A stretch of 61,305 nt of DNA from Eubacteriales bacterium (lineage in GTDB: Bacteria; Bacillota; Clostridia; Oscillospirales; CAG-272). The stretch's first letter is position 1, and each line of letters starts with the position of its first letter. The notes beneath the pieces are model-generated. The model was given only the letters and a program-made list of their open reading frames with translations. It did not search any database and was not told the DNA's origin. Below are positions 8,519 to 17,789 of this stretch, in pieces. The stretch is taken from positions 1-61,305 of the forward strand of contig JAZRGJ010000103.1 in NCBI GenBank assembly GCA_045644125.1. Reading direction: 5' to 3'. A program made the translations under genes and the position numbers.

Positions 8519-10429
8519 ATGTATTCGTATAAATTTAACCCAAGCGATTTGTTTTTGACTTTGTATGGCAAAAACGGCGGATATATTATGGATTTGCCGT
8601 TAAATGCGAGGATAAATTTCGGCGGAAAGGATTTGTTTTTTGTAAATCCTTGCGTAAAAAATGAGGACGGAAAGATAGAAATTACGGAAGAAAACCCCTG
8701 TGAAAGTCTTTCGGAAATAAAGCTTACCGCAACGTTTTACGAGGATTGCGCCGTAATATCGTTTGAAGCATTGGCGAAAACCGACTTTAATCTTTTCGAG
8801 CTTGAGCTTTTCAGAAAAGGCTCGCTTGGAATAAAGATGGTTGATTGCCTTGAATGGTTCTCGCCTCAGCCGAGAAATTACGACGGCATAAACAGAGCCT
8901 TTAACAAGCGATTCTCCGATTGCTCGCTCGACGGTTATTTCAGCCCCGCTCCTCTCAATTTTACGGTTGGAAACTCAAACGGTCTCGTTTCATTCGGACT
9001 TCTAGATTTGCCGAATTCATACGAATACAGAATGACGACAAGGCTTGGCGTAATCGTTGAAAAGCCTTGCGGACATATTCTTACGGCGGCAGGAGAGAAA
9101 TATAAATCTCCAAGGCTTATACTCAGTTTTCCGAGCGATGAGTACGAGGGTATATCGCTTTTCAGAAAAAAGCTTGCCGATTTCGGTGTGATTGACGAAA
9201 AAAGCGAACACGTATCGTACGATTGGTGGAAACGCCCCACCGCCGTTACGTACGGCGACGAAATGATGCTCTTCCAGCATAACTGGTTTAACGACGACGA
9301 TCTTGACAGCGAAGCGTTTAATGAAGAGTGGCTTTACGATTGGCTTCACCGCGCCGAAAAAAGACTTGGAAATACTGAATTTACGGTAATCGTCGATGCC
9401 TTTTGGCAATATAGATCCACCCCCGAGGCGCTTCCCGACGTTAGTCGATTCCCGAATTTCCGCAGATTTATCGACTATTGCCACGAAAGAGGACATAAGG
9501 TGCTGCTTTGGTCTACGCCGTATTTGTGCAATATTGATCTGCCCTTTGAAAGTCTTGCCGAGAAATACGATATGCTTGCTCCGGATTTCTTTAGCGAAGA
9601 GTCACCCCGTGTTAAGAAAATCGACTTCACGTCGGACAATGCCGAAGCTTATCTCAAAGAGATTTGCGAGAAGTTTTTCGGTGATGGCGAGGGAGCTTTG
9701 AACGCAGATGGAGTTAAACTCGATTTTCTTACCTGTCAGCACAATCCCGAAGAAACGGCTTACAAAAACGCAAGCAACGGAATAGGCGTAAAGGAAGCGT
9801 ACAGATTCCATAAGCTTTATTCCGAGGCGGCAAGAGCCGTTAAACCCGACGTTCTTATAAACACTTCTGTTTGCGACCCGAGATTTGAGAATTTTGCTTC
9901 GGCAAACAGACTTCACGACATTCAAAAGGTGCACTCGGAAAGAGAAATTCGAGCGAGGGTGTCATCGCTTGCGTGCCCGAATCTTCTTATAGACTCCGAC
10001 GGCGCAATAATGATAAGCGATTGGGTTAAGGAAACCTATATTTCAGCAGTCGTTTATTCGTCCCCGTCCGTTTACTACATTGACCGCTTCCACAACAGCG
10101 TTTCGTGGAGTGACGAAGAGATGAATTCTCTTGGCGCTTTGGTTTCTCTCGCAGCTAAAAAGCCGAATGGCGTGCCCATGTTTATAAGCGAGGGCAACTG
10201 GTGGCTTAAGTGCGGCGATGAGGTCGGCGCCGCGTCATTCGACGGCGAAACCGTTATCGTTTTCTCAAACGACGGCTATGCGTATCTTTTCTCGTGGAGG
10301 GACGGTGAAATATCGATTCCTTTCTTTAAAAGAAACGCAGAAATCCTGCCTTGCGGCTTTGCTCTTTGCGAGGATATGCTTTCCGCAAGCGTTGAATCGG
10401 GCAAGGTTTACAAAATAAAGCTAAAATGA
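8519..10429 (+). CDS. putative glycoside hydrolase (TIM-barrel, GH-D/GH31-like); function uncertain
   Basis: Long ORF. I chose the ATG at 8519, which has AAGAGG upstream; the track GTG is at 8510. Segments VIVDAFWQYR, FPNFRRFIDYCHERGHKVLLWSTPY and DGVKLDFL resemble the beta4/beta6 catalytic strands of alpha-glycosidase barrels. Confidence 0.4.
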   Translation: MYSYKFNPSDLFLTLYGKNGGYIMDLPLNARINFGGKDLFFVNPCVKNEDGKIEITEENPCESLSEIKLTATFYEDCAVISFEALAKTDFNLFELELFRKGSLGIKMVDCLEWFSPQPRNYDGINRAFNKRFSDCSLDGYFSPAPLNFTVGNSNGLVSFGLLDLPNSYEYRMTTRLGVIVEKPCGHILTAAGEKYKSPRLILSFPSDEYEGISLFRKKLADFGVIDEKSEHVSYDWWKRPTAVTYGDEMMLFQHNWFNDDDLDSEAFNEEWLYDWLHRAEKRLGNTEFTVIVDAFWQYRSTPEALPDVSRFPNFRRFIDYCHERGHKVLLWSTPYLCNIDLPFESLAEKYDMLAPDFFSEESPRVKKIDFTSDNAEAYLKEICEKFFGDGEGALNADGVKLDFLTCQHNPEETAYKNASNGIGVKEAYRFHKLYSEAARAVKPDVLINTSVCDPRFENFASANRLHDIQKVHSEREIRARVSSLACPNLLIDSDGAIMISDWVKETYISAVVYSSPSVYYIDRFHNSVSWSDEEMNSLGALVSLAAKKPNGVPMFISEGNWWLKCGDEVGAASFDGETVIVFSNDGYAYLFSWRDGEISIPFFKRNAEILPCGFALCEDMLSASVESGKVYKIKLK

Positions 10430-10436
10430 GAAAGTT

Positions 10437-11267
10437 ATGGCAAATATAATTAAAATTGACGATTTTTCAACACACGCCCTTGACGTTTACGCTCGCCTCA
10501 CCGGCGCTCAGCTGAGAAATAAGCTTGAACCCGACAAAGGAATTTTTATCGCTGAAAGTCCAACAGTTATAGAGGTTGCTTTAAATTCGGGATGCGAGCC
10601 CTTATCAATTCTCACGGATGAGCGGCTTTTAAACGATCAGGTAAAGGGAATAATAGAGCGTTGCGGCGACGTTCCCGTATATACCGCCTCACGTGACGTT
10701 TTAAAAGAAATTACCGGCTTTGAATTAACACGGGGCGCGCTCTCCGCAATGAAAAGACCTCGTTTGAAGTCTTTGGACGAGCTTTTATGCAACGCGCGTC
10801 GCATTGCGGTTTTCGAGGGGATAACGGATGCGACGAATATCGGCGCTCTCTTTCGCTCTGCCGCAGCGTTTGAAATAGATTCGGTTCTCGTAACGCCTAC
10901 GTGTTGCGATCCGCTTTCAAGAAGAGCGATAAGAGTAAGCATGGGCACGGTTTTTCAAGTGCCGTGGGGGCATATCTGCGAGAAAAAAGAGGATTGGCCC
11001 GTAGCGGGTGTTGATTTTTTAAAATCGCGCGGCTTTAAAACCGTGGCGATGGCGCTTTCCGACGACTCCGTTTCGATAGACGATGAAAGGCTTTTAAAGG
11101 AAGAAAAGCTTGCGATAATTCTCGGTACGGAGGGCGACGGCCTTTCCAAAACCACTATAGCGGAAAGCGATTATACCGCCAAGATTCCCATGGCGCACGG
11201 CGTTGATTCTTTAAACGTTGCCGCCGCAGGCGCAGTTGCTTTTTATCAGTTATCAAAGAAAAAATAA
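10437..11267 (+). CDS. TrmH/SpoU family RNA 2'-O-methyltransferase
   Basis: SpoU motifs ATNIGALFRSAAAF, LAIILGTEGDGLS and IPMAHGVDSLNVAAAGAVAFYQL. Confidence 0.85.
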   Translation: MANIIKIDDFSTHALDVYARLTGAQLRNKLEPDKGIFIAESPTVIEVALNSGCEPLSILTDERLLNDQVKGIIERCGDVPVYTASRDVLKEITGFELTRGALSAMKRPRLKSLDELLCNARRIAVFEGITDATNIGALFRSAAAFEIDSVLVTPTCCDPLSRRAIRVSMGTVFQVPWGHICEKKEDWPVAGVDFLKSRGFKTVAMALSDDSVSIDDERLLKEEKLAIILGTEGDGLSKTTIAESDYTAKIPMAHGVDSLNVAAAGAVAFYQLSKKK

Positions 11268-11273
11268 AAAAAG

Positions 11274-11315
11274 GCTAGCTCAAACACCCTTTGCAGTATT
11301 TGAGCTAGCGCTTTT
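11274..11315. terminator. bidirectional rho-independent terminator
   Basis: Stem GCTAGCTCAAA / TTTGAGCTAGC flanked by an A-run (left) and TTTTTTATTTT (right), between convergent genes. Confidence 0.7.
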
Positions 11316-12683
11316 TTATTTTGTTTCAACCAAAAGCGATGCGGATACGTTTATTTCAAGAGTTTGTTCGGCGCCGTTTCTTTCAACGACGAATTTCACA
11401 ACGTCACCGGGGCGCGCGTCAAACATAAATTCAACGCTGTGAAGTCTGTTAATCTCAATAGTTCTGCCGCCGATGGATGCGGATTTTAAAACGTCACCCA
11501 CTTCGAAAATTCCGTAAGCCGCGCTGTTTCTTTCAACGGTAAGGACGTCAATATTTTCAACGATTTTTATTCTTCCGGTATCAGCGTCGTACTCTGCGTG
11601 GCTGTCGCTTATCTGAACCGTGATTCCGAGCGTAGCTCTTTGCGGATGATATGAAGCGGTGTCAAGGCAGAAATAAATGATATTATCCGCTACGGATTTT
11701 GCAAGATTTGAGGGAATTGCGTACGCTATATTTTCAACGGTCGTGCTTTGGATTTTTGCATTAACTATACCTATAAGCTCGCCTTTGGAATTGAAAAGTC
11801 CGCCGCCCGAGTTGCCGCCGTTAACCGCCGTATCTATTCTCATTACACGGAATTTTACGTTGGTCATGTCATCTGCGCCGAGCATTTCTATGTATTCGGA
11901 GTCAACGCTTACAACGCCGAGCGAGGTTGAAAATCCGTTGCCCTCGGGGTTTCCTATTGCAATAGCGCTTTCTCCGACGTTTATTTCATCGGAATCAAAA
12001 AAGCTGACGGGATTTACGTCGCTGTTTCTTATAACGTCGCTGTCTTTTATTCTGAGAATTGCAATGTCGTAGTTAAGAGAGCCGCCGACGTATTCTGCGC
12101 TCATAGCCTTGGATTCAAGCATAGCGCCGTAAAGATATACGGAAATTTCATTGCTTATTCCGTCTATTGAATCGCAATCGGGATCGTAAACTACGTGGTA
12201 ATTGGTTATAATAATCGCCTCTCCCGCAGCCTTGTTGAGCTTATAAATAACACCTGCTCCGGCGCTTGCGTATTCCTGGGTTTGTCCGTATTGAGTTTTT
12301 TCAAAAGCGCAGAAGATATTCACGCTTGAGGTAAGTCCTCTTGCGCTTGCCGCCTCGATAAGTCCGTCGCCGCCCGTAACGCCGGGCGCGCCGTTAGCGC
12401 CGTCCGAGCCGTTAGCGCCATCCTTACCGTCCTCGCCGTCTTTGCCATCCTTGCCGTCTTTACCGTCTTTACCGTCGACGCCGTCCTTACCGTCCTTGCC
12501 TACGACTGTGCCGAGATTTTCTTTTTCTCCGTCCGTGTAGGTTATAACGAGCTCGCCGTCGCTGTTGATTTTAACCTTAGAAATGCCGACAGGCTCGTCT
12601 GAAGTTGAGCATGAAGCGAGGGAAATGAGTAAAATCGATATTAAGAGGACAGTTAAAATTTTTGCAAATACTTTATTTTTCAT
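11316..12683 (-). CDS. trypsin-like (S1C/HtrA-type) serine protease lipoprotein with a collagen-like Gly-X-Y repeat
   Basis: Lipobox LISLASC after a hydrophobic signal. Catalytic triad contexts NYHVV (His), DIAILRI (Asp) and GNSGGGLF (Ser). Residues 65-110 are (G-K/E/V/A-D/N)n triplets. I prefer the start at the ATG at 12683; the track GTG is at 12692. Confidence 0.8.
   Translation of the reverse strand: MKNKVFAKILTVLLISILLISLASCSTSDEPVGISKVKINSDGELVITYTDGEKENLGTVVGKDGKDGVDGKDGKDGKDGKDGEDGKDGANGSDGANGAPGVTGGDGLIEAASARGLTSSVNIFCAFEKTQYGQTQEYASAGAGVIYKLNKAAGEAIIITNYHVVYDPDCDSIDGISNEISVYLYGAMLESKAMSAEYVGGSLNYDIAILRIKDSDVIRNSDVNPVSFFDSDEINVGESAIAIGNPEGNGFSTSLGVVSVDSEYIEMLGADDMTNVKFRVMRIDTAVNGGNSGGGLFNSKGELIGIVNAKIQSTTVENIAYAIPSNLAKSVADNIIYFCLDTASYHPQRATLGITVQISDSHAEYDADTGRIKIVENIDVLTVERNSAAYGIFEVGDVLKSASIGGRTIEINRLHSVEFMFDARPGDVVKFVVERNGAEQTLEINVSASLLVETK
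12363..12500 (-). repeat. in-frame 9-nt periodic tandem repeat encoding the collagen-like GKDGKDGVDGKDG... tract
   Basis: Repeated CCGTCCTTG / CCGTCTTTA units are visible on the + strand. They translate on the minus strand as GKDGKDGVDGKDGKDGKDGKDGEDGKDGANGSDGANGAPGVTGGDG. Confidence 0.85.
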
Positions 12684-12721
12684 ACATTTCACCGATTGAA
12701 TTTTGAATTTAATTTTATCAG

Positions 12722-13606
12722 TTAAACAAGCGCGGGCTCAAGCTCCTCTTTACGAGCTGAAACTCGGCTTTTTGCTTCGTAAAAGCTTACGTCTTTTACG
12801 GTTTCGCCGTCTATTTGAAGCGCGCACGGGCGGTCGAACTCGACCTTTATTTCCGTGCCTTCGATTATTTCAAAAACCTTTTTGAATTTCAAATGATTTC
12901 CTTTAAAAACCGTAGGAAGCTTTGTAAGAATGCTGAGTGCGTGCTTCGTGTGAGCAACGGCAAACGAGATCTTTTTTTCGGGGTTAAGTCTGTTTTGCGT
13001 AGGCGCAATCATCATATTGCCGCCGTAAAATCTTCCGTTCATGGTAGGCGCAAGCCATACGTTTTTGTATTCATGCAAAACTCCGTCTACCCAAACGCGA
13101 GCGTTTCTCGGCTTGTACCCTCCGAGAAGTCCGCCAAGCGCTATTTTCAAATAGTTGGGAGCTTTTCCGCTTTTTTCTCTTTTTTTATCGCCTATCTCAC
13201 AGCAATATCCGTCAAGCCCGAAGCCGACTCCGTTTATGAAGCGGTATTCTTTGCCGTTGACGAGGACGGTGGGAAGATCTTTTATGTATTCGTTGATTTG
13301 AACGAAGCACGAACTGTCTTCCGCCACGTCGTTTATAAAGTCGTTTCCGGTTCCGCCTGCGTAGCAAAAGATGGGGAATGGGTATTCAACCTCGTCTATT
13401 GCGTTCACAAATTTATTTAAAGTTCCGTCGCCGCCGATTATAACGAGGGCATCTTTTTCACTTATTTTTTTGAGAAATTCGCGCTTATCTTCGACCTCGG
13501 AGCAAATATGAAATTCTATGGCTTCGCCACGGAACATTTCTTTTACGCATTTTTCGTTTTTCACGAAATCTCCGCCTGCGTTGTGGTTTGACAGCACGTA
13601 AACCAT
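12722..13606 (-). CDS. diacylglycerol/lipid kinase family protein (YegS/BmrU type)
   Basis: 294 aa. The GGDGTLNKFVN nucleotide-binding motif and overall DAGK_cat architecture. Confidence 0.75.
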   Translation of the reverse strand: MVYVLSNHNAGGDFVKNEKCVKEMFRGEAIEFHICSEVEDKREFLKKISEKDALVIIGGDGTLNKFVNAIDEVEYPFPIFCYAGGTGNDFINDVAEDSSCFVQINEYIKDLPTVLVNGKEYRFINGVGFGLDGYCCEIGDKKREKSGKAPNYLKIALGGLLGGYKPRNARVWVDGVLHEYKNVWLAPTMNGRFYGGNMMIAPTQNRLNPEKKISFAVAHTKHALSILTKLPTVFKGNHLKFKKVFEIIEGTEIKVEFDRPCALQIDGETVKDVSFYEAKSRVSARKEELEPALV

Positions 13607-13628
13607 TTTTAAGTCCTACCTTTTGAAA

Positions 13629-14537
13629 TTATGATAAATTATTTTTAAGGAAAGTTGCAACGTTTTTGCCGGAAATTTTTTCAACCGTCTGAGAGGAATA
13701 TTTTGAAAGAAGAAGCTCAATTACCTGGTCGTGAATGCTGGAGTCGAGGCTGATTCCGACGGGAAGCTTATCAACTCCGTCAAGGTCAAAGCCGAAGCCA
13801 AGGGCGTTTTCTCCGAAGTTTTCAAGCGCAAAATCAACGTGGCGCAATATGTCGTCAAGCGTCGCTTCTCCGGAATCGTTTAAAAATTCGGAGTAAAGAT
13901 TAAGGCCTATAACGCCGCCTCGCTCAACTATCATTTTTGCCATCTCGCGCGTAAGATTTCTCGGGGAAGAGCAAAGCTCACGGAAATTCGAGTGTGTTGC
14001 AAGCACGGGAAAACGGCTTACTTCCATGAGGTCGTAAAAGCTTTTGTCGGAAAGGTGAGATACGTCGCTGATTATTCCGAGAGCGTCGCATCTTCTGACC
14101 ATTTGCTTGCCGAGCTCTGAAAGTCCAGTATCGTTTTTATCCCAACACGACGTAGCAAGCTCGTTCGTTTCCCAAGCCATGCCGTAAACCGCAAGGCCGC
14201 CCATCGCCAAAACCTCAAGCTCGGGGGAGCTGGGGAAAAGTCCTGCGCCGCCCTCTACGCTGAAAAGCGAGGAGCGCATTTCGTTATCTTCAAAGCTGTA
14301 AACGTCTTCCGCATTTTTGACTCCGAGAAGACCGAGTCTTTCCTTTTCGGAAAGGTAGACGTTAAAATATTGCATAAGCTCCGCGCGGCGTTCTTCCGCA
14401 GGGCGCTTCGCCGCTGACACGAAAGCTGCTGTGAATTGCAGGTGAGGACGCTTTGCCGAGAAATTATAAGAATTTATAAGTCCACGGTCTCCGCCGACTC
14501 GTATAAGGCTGTCGCAATGCATATCAATTATAAACAT
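13629..14537 (-). CDS. membrane dipeptidase (peptidase family M19)
   Basis: N-terminus MFIIDMHCDSL (the HxD metal site), then SHLSDKSFYD and ATHSNFREL, all M19 hallmarks. The start is set at the ATG at 14537, which has a GGAG RBS. Confidence 0.75.
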   Translation of the reverse strand: MFIIDMHCDSLIRVGGDRGLINSYNFSAKRPHLQFTAAFVSAAKRPAEERRAELMQYFNVYLSEKERLGLLGVKNAEDVYSFEDNEMRSSLFSVEGGAGLFPSSPELEVLAMGGLAVYGMAWETNELATSCWDKNDTGLSELGKQMVRRCDALGIISDVSHLSDKSFYDLMEVSRFPVLATHSNFRELCSSPRNLTREMAKMIVERGGVIGLNLYSEFLNDSGEATLDDILRHVDFALENFGENALGFGFDLDGVDKLPVGISLDSSIHDQVIELLLSKYSSQTVEKISGKNVATFLKNNLS

Positions 14538-14671
14538 AAAAACTCCGCTGAAATTTATTTTATTCGACAATTTGACTTTATTGTACAATATTTTTTGGAT
14601 TTTGTCAATCTTGTGTATAATTTATATAATTATATGCCGCAATAAGTTTTTTTGATTATTTAAAAAAAGAC

Positions 14672-14700
14672 TTGACAATCCGTTGTTTTACGGGTATAAT
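14672..14700 (+). promoter_or_regulatory. consensus sigma-A promoter TTGACA-N17-TATAAT
   Basis: TTGACA at 14672-14677 and TATAAT at 14695-14700, exactly 17 nt apart, directly upstream of the T-box leader. Confidence 0.75.
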
Positions 14701-14706
14701 ACTTGC

Positions 14707-14972
14707 ATACGGCTATGACCGAGAGGAGTAACAGATTTCTGCGACCTTAAGAGAGGAAACGTTTGGTGTGAGTTTCCGGCGCGGCTCTGCGAAGCAGCTC
14801 GTGAGTCCCGAAGAGAACCTTTTGGCTAAATTTCGGCGGGCGCGCCCGTTAAAGCGCAGGACTTGTGATGGCAAGTCGATAAGGAAATTTCCGCGAGGGA
14901 ATTTTGAAAAACGGTGGTAACACGATAAATTCGTCCGTGTAGTATGCGAAAAGCGTACGGCACGGATTTTTT
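14707..14972 (+). promoter_or_regulatory. T-box riboswitch leader (tRNA-sensing transcription attenuator)
   Basis: Stem I elements are present: AGUA S-turn (GAGGAGUAAC), AG bulge UUAAGAGAG and distal hairpin GGAAAC-GUUUGGUGUGA-GUUUCC. The conserved T-box sequence AAAACGGUGGUAACACG lies at about 14908-14924. A terminator hairpin CCGTG...CACGG followed by TTTTTT lies at 14934-14972. Confidence 0.8.
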
Positions 14973-14985
14973 GTTTGGAGGAAAA

Positions 14986-15468
14986 ATGAACACGAAAATT
15001 CTTAAACTTATCGAAAGCAATGCAAAGCTTACGGCATCTGACATTGCAACAATCTGCTCGCTTGACGAAAGCGCGGTTAAAGCAGAGATTGCCGAAATGG
15101 AAGCTAAAGGTATTATCAAGGGCTACAAGGGCATTATCGACTGGGAAAAGGTTGATACCAACAGCGTCAGCGCCATAATTGAATTAAAGGTAACGCCAAA
15201 GGCTGAGCTCGGTTTTGAGGACGTTGCATCAAGAATTGCAAAGTATCCCTCCGTTGAGTCCGTTTCTCTTATGTCGGGCGTTTGCGATCTTATCGTAGTG
15301 GTAAAGGGAAGAACCTTCCAAGAGGTTTCTTATTTCGTTGCGCACGAGCTTGCTACGATAGATTCCGTTACGTCTACCGCAACTCAGTTTATTATGAGAA
15401 AATATAAGGAATTCGGCGTTGAATTAACCGATGAAGAAAACGACGAGAGGGATGTTATTTCTTTATGA
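14986..15468 (+). CDS. Lrp/AsnC family transcriptional regulator (AlaR/YugG-like)
   Basis: MNTKILKLIESNAKLTASDIATICSLDESAVKAEIAEMEAKGIIKGY... is a wHTH plus RAM-domain pattern. The start is at the ATG at 14986 behind GGAGG. It overlaps the downstream aminotransferase by 4 nt. Confidence 0.8.
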   Translation: MNTKILKLIESNAKLTASDIATICSLDESAVKAEIAEMEAKGIIKGYKGIIDWEKVDTNSVSAIIELKVTPKAELGFEDVASRIAKYPSVESVSLMSGVCDLIVVVKGRTFQEVSYFVAHELATIDSVTSTATQFIMRKYKEFGVELTDEENDERDVISL

Positions 15469-16637
15469 TAGATTATTCGAAAATACTTTCCGAAAAGGTT
15501 TTGGATATGAAGCCGTCGGGCATAAGAAAGTATTTTGACATAGCAAATTCCATGGAGGGAGTTATTTCTCTTGGAGTCGGCGAGCCCGATTTCAGAACAC
15601 CGTGGAAGATAAGAAATGCAGGAATACGAACGCTCGAGGGCGGAAGAACGAGATATACCGCAAACAGAGGTCTTGAGGCTCTGCGCGAGGAGGTTTCGAA
15701 GTACGTATTCCGAAAATACGAGCTTTCTTACGAGCCGAAAAGCGAAATTTTGCTCACGGTTGGCGGAAGCGAAGCTATCGACGCAACCTTAAGGGCGATA
15801 ATAAACCCCGGTGACGAGGTTATAATTCCACAGCCGAGCTACGTTTGCTACGAGCCGATGACGGCTCTTTCGGGCGGCGTTCCCGTCGTAGTTACCACCA
15901 AGGCTGAAAATCAATTCAAGCTTACGCCCGAAGAGCTTCTTGAAAAAATAACCCCTAAAACCAAAGCGATTATATTGCCGTATCCGTCAAATCCTACGGG
16001 CGCAATTATGGAAAAGAGCGATCTTGAAGCATTGGCAAACGTTCTTCGAGATAAAAACATTTTGGTTATACCGGATGAAATTTACTCCGAATTAACCTTT
16101 GCAAAAGGGCGGCACGTCAGCATTGCGGAAATCCCCGGAATGAAAGAAAGATGCGTCGTTATAAACGGATTTTCAAAAGCCTTTTCAATGACGGGATGGC
16201 GACTTGGCTTTGCGCTTGGCCCGAAAGAAATAATTAAGGAAATAACGAAGGTGCATCAGTACGCAATAATGTGCGCGCCCACGGTTTCCCAGTTTGCCGC
16301 AATCGAAGCTCTTAAAAATTGCGACGCCGAAGTTGAGAAAATGAAAGCGGAATACGACGCAAGGCGTAAAATCATAGTTAAAGGCTTTAACGACTTGGGC
16401 CTTGAATGTCACGAGCCGAAAGGCGCTTTCTATGCATTCCCGTCAATAAAATCGAGCGGAATGACGAGCGACGAATTCTGCGAAAAGCTTCTTTATTCGA
16501 AAAAGGTCGCTCTCGTGCCTGGAACAGCCTTTGGCGCCGGCGGCGAGGGCTTCGTGAGAGCTTCGTATTGTTACTCGATAGAGCATATCAAAGAAGCGCT
16601 CGAAAGAATTAAAGAATTTCTTGATGAATTAAAGTAA
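15465..16637 (+). CDS. class I/II pyridoxal-phosphate aminotransferase (AlaT/YugH- or AspC-like)
   Basis: LGVGEPDF, RYTANRGL and the PLP-lysine context NGFSKAFSMTGWRLGF. The pairing with an Lrp-type regulator mirrors the Bacillus alaR-alaT arrangement. Confidence 0.8.
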   Translation: MIDYSKILSEKVLDMKPSGIRKYFDIANSMEGVISLGVGEPDFRTPWKIRNAGIRTLEGGRTRYTANRGLEALREEVSKYVFRKYELSYEPKSEILLTVGGSEAIDATLRAIINPGDEVIIPQPSYVCYEPMTALSGGVPVVVTTKAENQFKLTPEELLEKITPKTKAIILPYPSNPTGAIMEKSDLEALANVLRDKNILVIPDEIYSELTFAKGRHVSIAEIPGMKERCVVINGFSKAFSMTGWRLGFALGPKEIIKEITKVHQYAIMCAPTVSQFAAIEALKNCDAEVEKMKAEYDARRKIIVKGFNDLGLECHEPKGAFYAFPSIKSSGMTSDEFCEKLLYSKKVALVPGTAFGAGGEGFVRASYCYSIEHIKEALERIKEFLDELK

Positions 16638-16682
16638 ATAATGATTTACATAAAAATGCACAAAGCATATAGCCGTGTAAAA

Positions 16683-16720
16683 AAGCTCGCTGTTTTCAGC
16701 GAGCTTTTTGTTTTTTTGTT
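16683..16720 (+). terminator. rho-independent terminator
   Basis: Stem AAGCTCGCTG / CAGCGAGCTT with loop TTTT, followed by TTTTGTTTTTTTGTT. Confidence 0.8.
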
Positions 16721-16742
16721 CTTGAATATTTGCGTTTTTTTA

Positions 16743-17537
16743 TTAAATGCCTAGAAGCCTTTTTGCATTCTTTGAGAAGATGTTTTCTTTCGCCTCGTCA
16801 GAAATCGGCTCAGCAAGAACGCCGCCGATATAGACGCCGGGGTTGCATATCGGATAATCCGTTCCGAAAAGTATGCGTTCGCTTCCCACGGTGTCAACGA
16901 GGTATCTTAGCATATGCCAGCGGAAAATACCCGTTCCCGAAATGTCGAGATACACGTTGTCGTATTTTTTCATTCTTTCTATGTGGCGTAGAACTGCGCC
17001 GTGCTCGCCGGGGTGAGCCGCAACGAATTTAACGTCGGGGTTTCTCTCTATCATTTCGTCAATGGTGTCAAACGCCATATCGTGAAAACTTACGACCATT
17101 GAATGACGCGCCGCTTCTTCAAGTATCGGGAAAAGCCCTTCTTCGTTGTAAGCCTTCCAGCCTTGAAGATAGGGAACGAGCTCGCCTATAAGATTCACGC
17201 CCTCTTTTGACATTCTTCTTATTTCGTTTATCGATTCTTCAACGTAATCGGGGTGAACGTGAAATCCCGGAACGTAAAACCCGCCAAGACGGTCACGGAG
17301 CGCCAACGCCTCGTCGTTGCACAGCTTTACGCTGGCGAAGCTTTCAACCGGCTCCCTGTAAATGATAACGCTGCCCGCAATTTTCGTGATACCCAAGTGG
17401 GAGAGGTCTTTTTTCATATCCTCTTCTTTCATGTCGTAATCTGCGTGATAATGACAGATATTGTATCTCTCGCTTGAAAACGGATGCGTGTGAAAATCTA
17501 TGATTTCAAAACCCTGATTTTCAATATTCATATTCAT
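16743..17537 (-). CDS. amidohydrolase family protein (metal-dependent TIM-barrel hydrolase)
   Basis: IIDFHTHPF (the HxH metal site), FVAAHPGEHG and LFGTDYP. The start is trimmed to the ATG at 17537 behind GGAG. Confidence 0.65.
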   Translation of the reverse strand: MNMNIENQGFEIIDFHTHPFSSERYNICHYHADYDMKEEDMKKDLSHLGITKIAGSVIIYREPVESFASVKLCNDEALALRDRLGGFYVPGFHVHPDYVEESINEIRRMSKEGVNLIGELVPYLQGWKAYNEEGLFPILEEAARHSMVVSFHDMAFDTIDEMIERNPDVKFVAAHPGEHGAVLRHIERMKKYDNVYLDISGTGIFRWHMLRYLVDTVGSERILFGTDYPICNPGVYIGGVLAEPISDEAKENIFSKNAKRLLGI

Positions 17538-17700
17538 TACTCCTTTATTATTCCGTAGAATCCTTTTAAGTCTATTATAAAATTGCCGCTCCGCTTTGTC
17601 AACCGAAAAAGCAAAAAAGGGTATTTTTCTTTTGTGCAAATCAACAAAAAAAGCTTACTTGGATTTTTATTTTTTGGCGCTGATATTTTGGCTCTAAGAC

Positions 17701-17729
17701 TTGACATTTCCTATAAATTATGATATAAT
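17701..17729 (+). promoter_or_regulatory. sigma-A promoter with extended -10 (TTGACA-N17-TGaTATAAT) for the pyr operon
   Basis: TTGACA at 17701-17706 and TATAAT at 17724-17729, preceded by TG at 17721-17722. Confidence 0.7.
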
Positions 17730-17789
17730 TTTAAAGATAAAAATGCACGGGTGCGCACAAGCGCATTTAGATGGCTGAAAGGACAAGCT

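Noticed and set aside
12363-12500. Short periodic repeats that might have been a CRISPR-like or VNTR array
   Set aside because: The period is 9 nt with no spacers, and the tract lies in-frame inside a protease gene encoding Gly-X-Y triplets. It is a coding collagen-like repeat, not a CRISPR array. No CRISPR array was found anywhere in the window.
14826-15119. 97-aa minus-strand ORF over the T-box leader and the Lrp gene start
   Set aside because: It overlaps a well-supported structured RNA leader and the start of a motif-bearing CDS on the other strand, so it is spurious.
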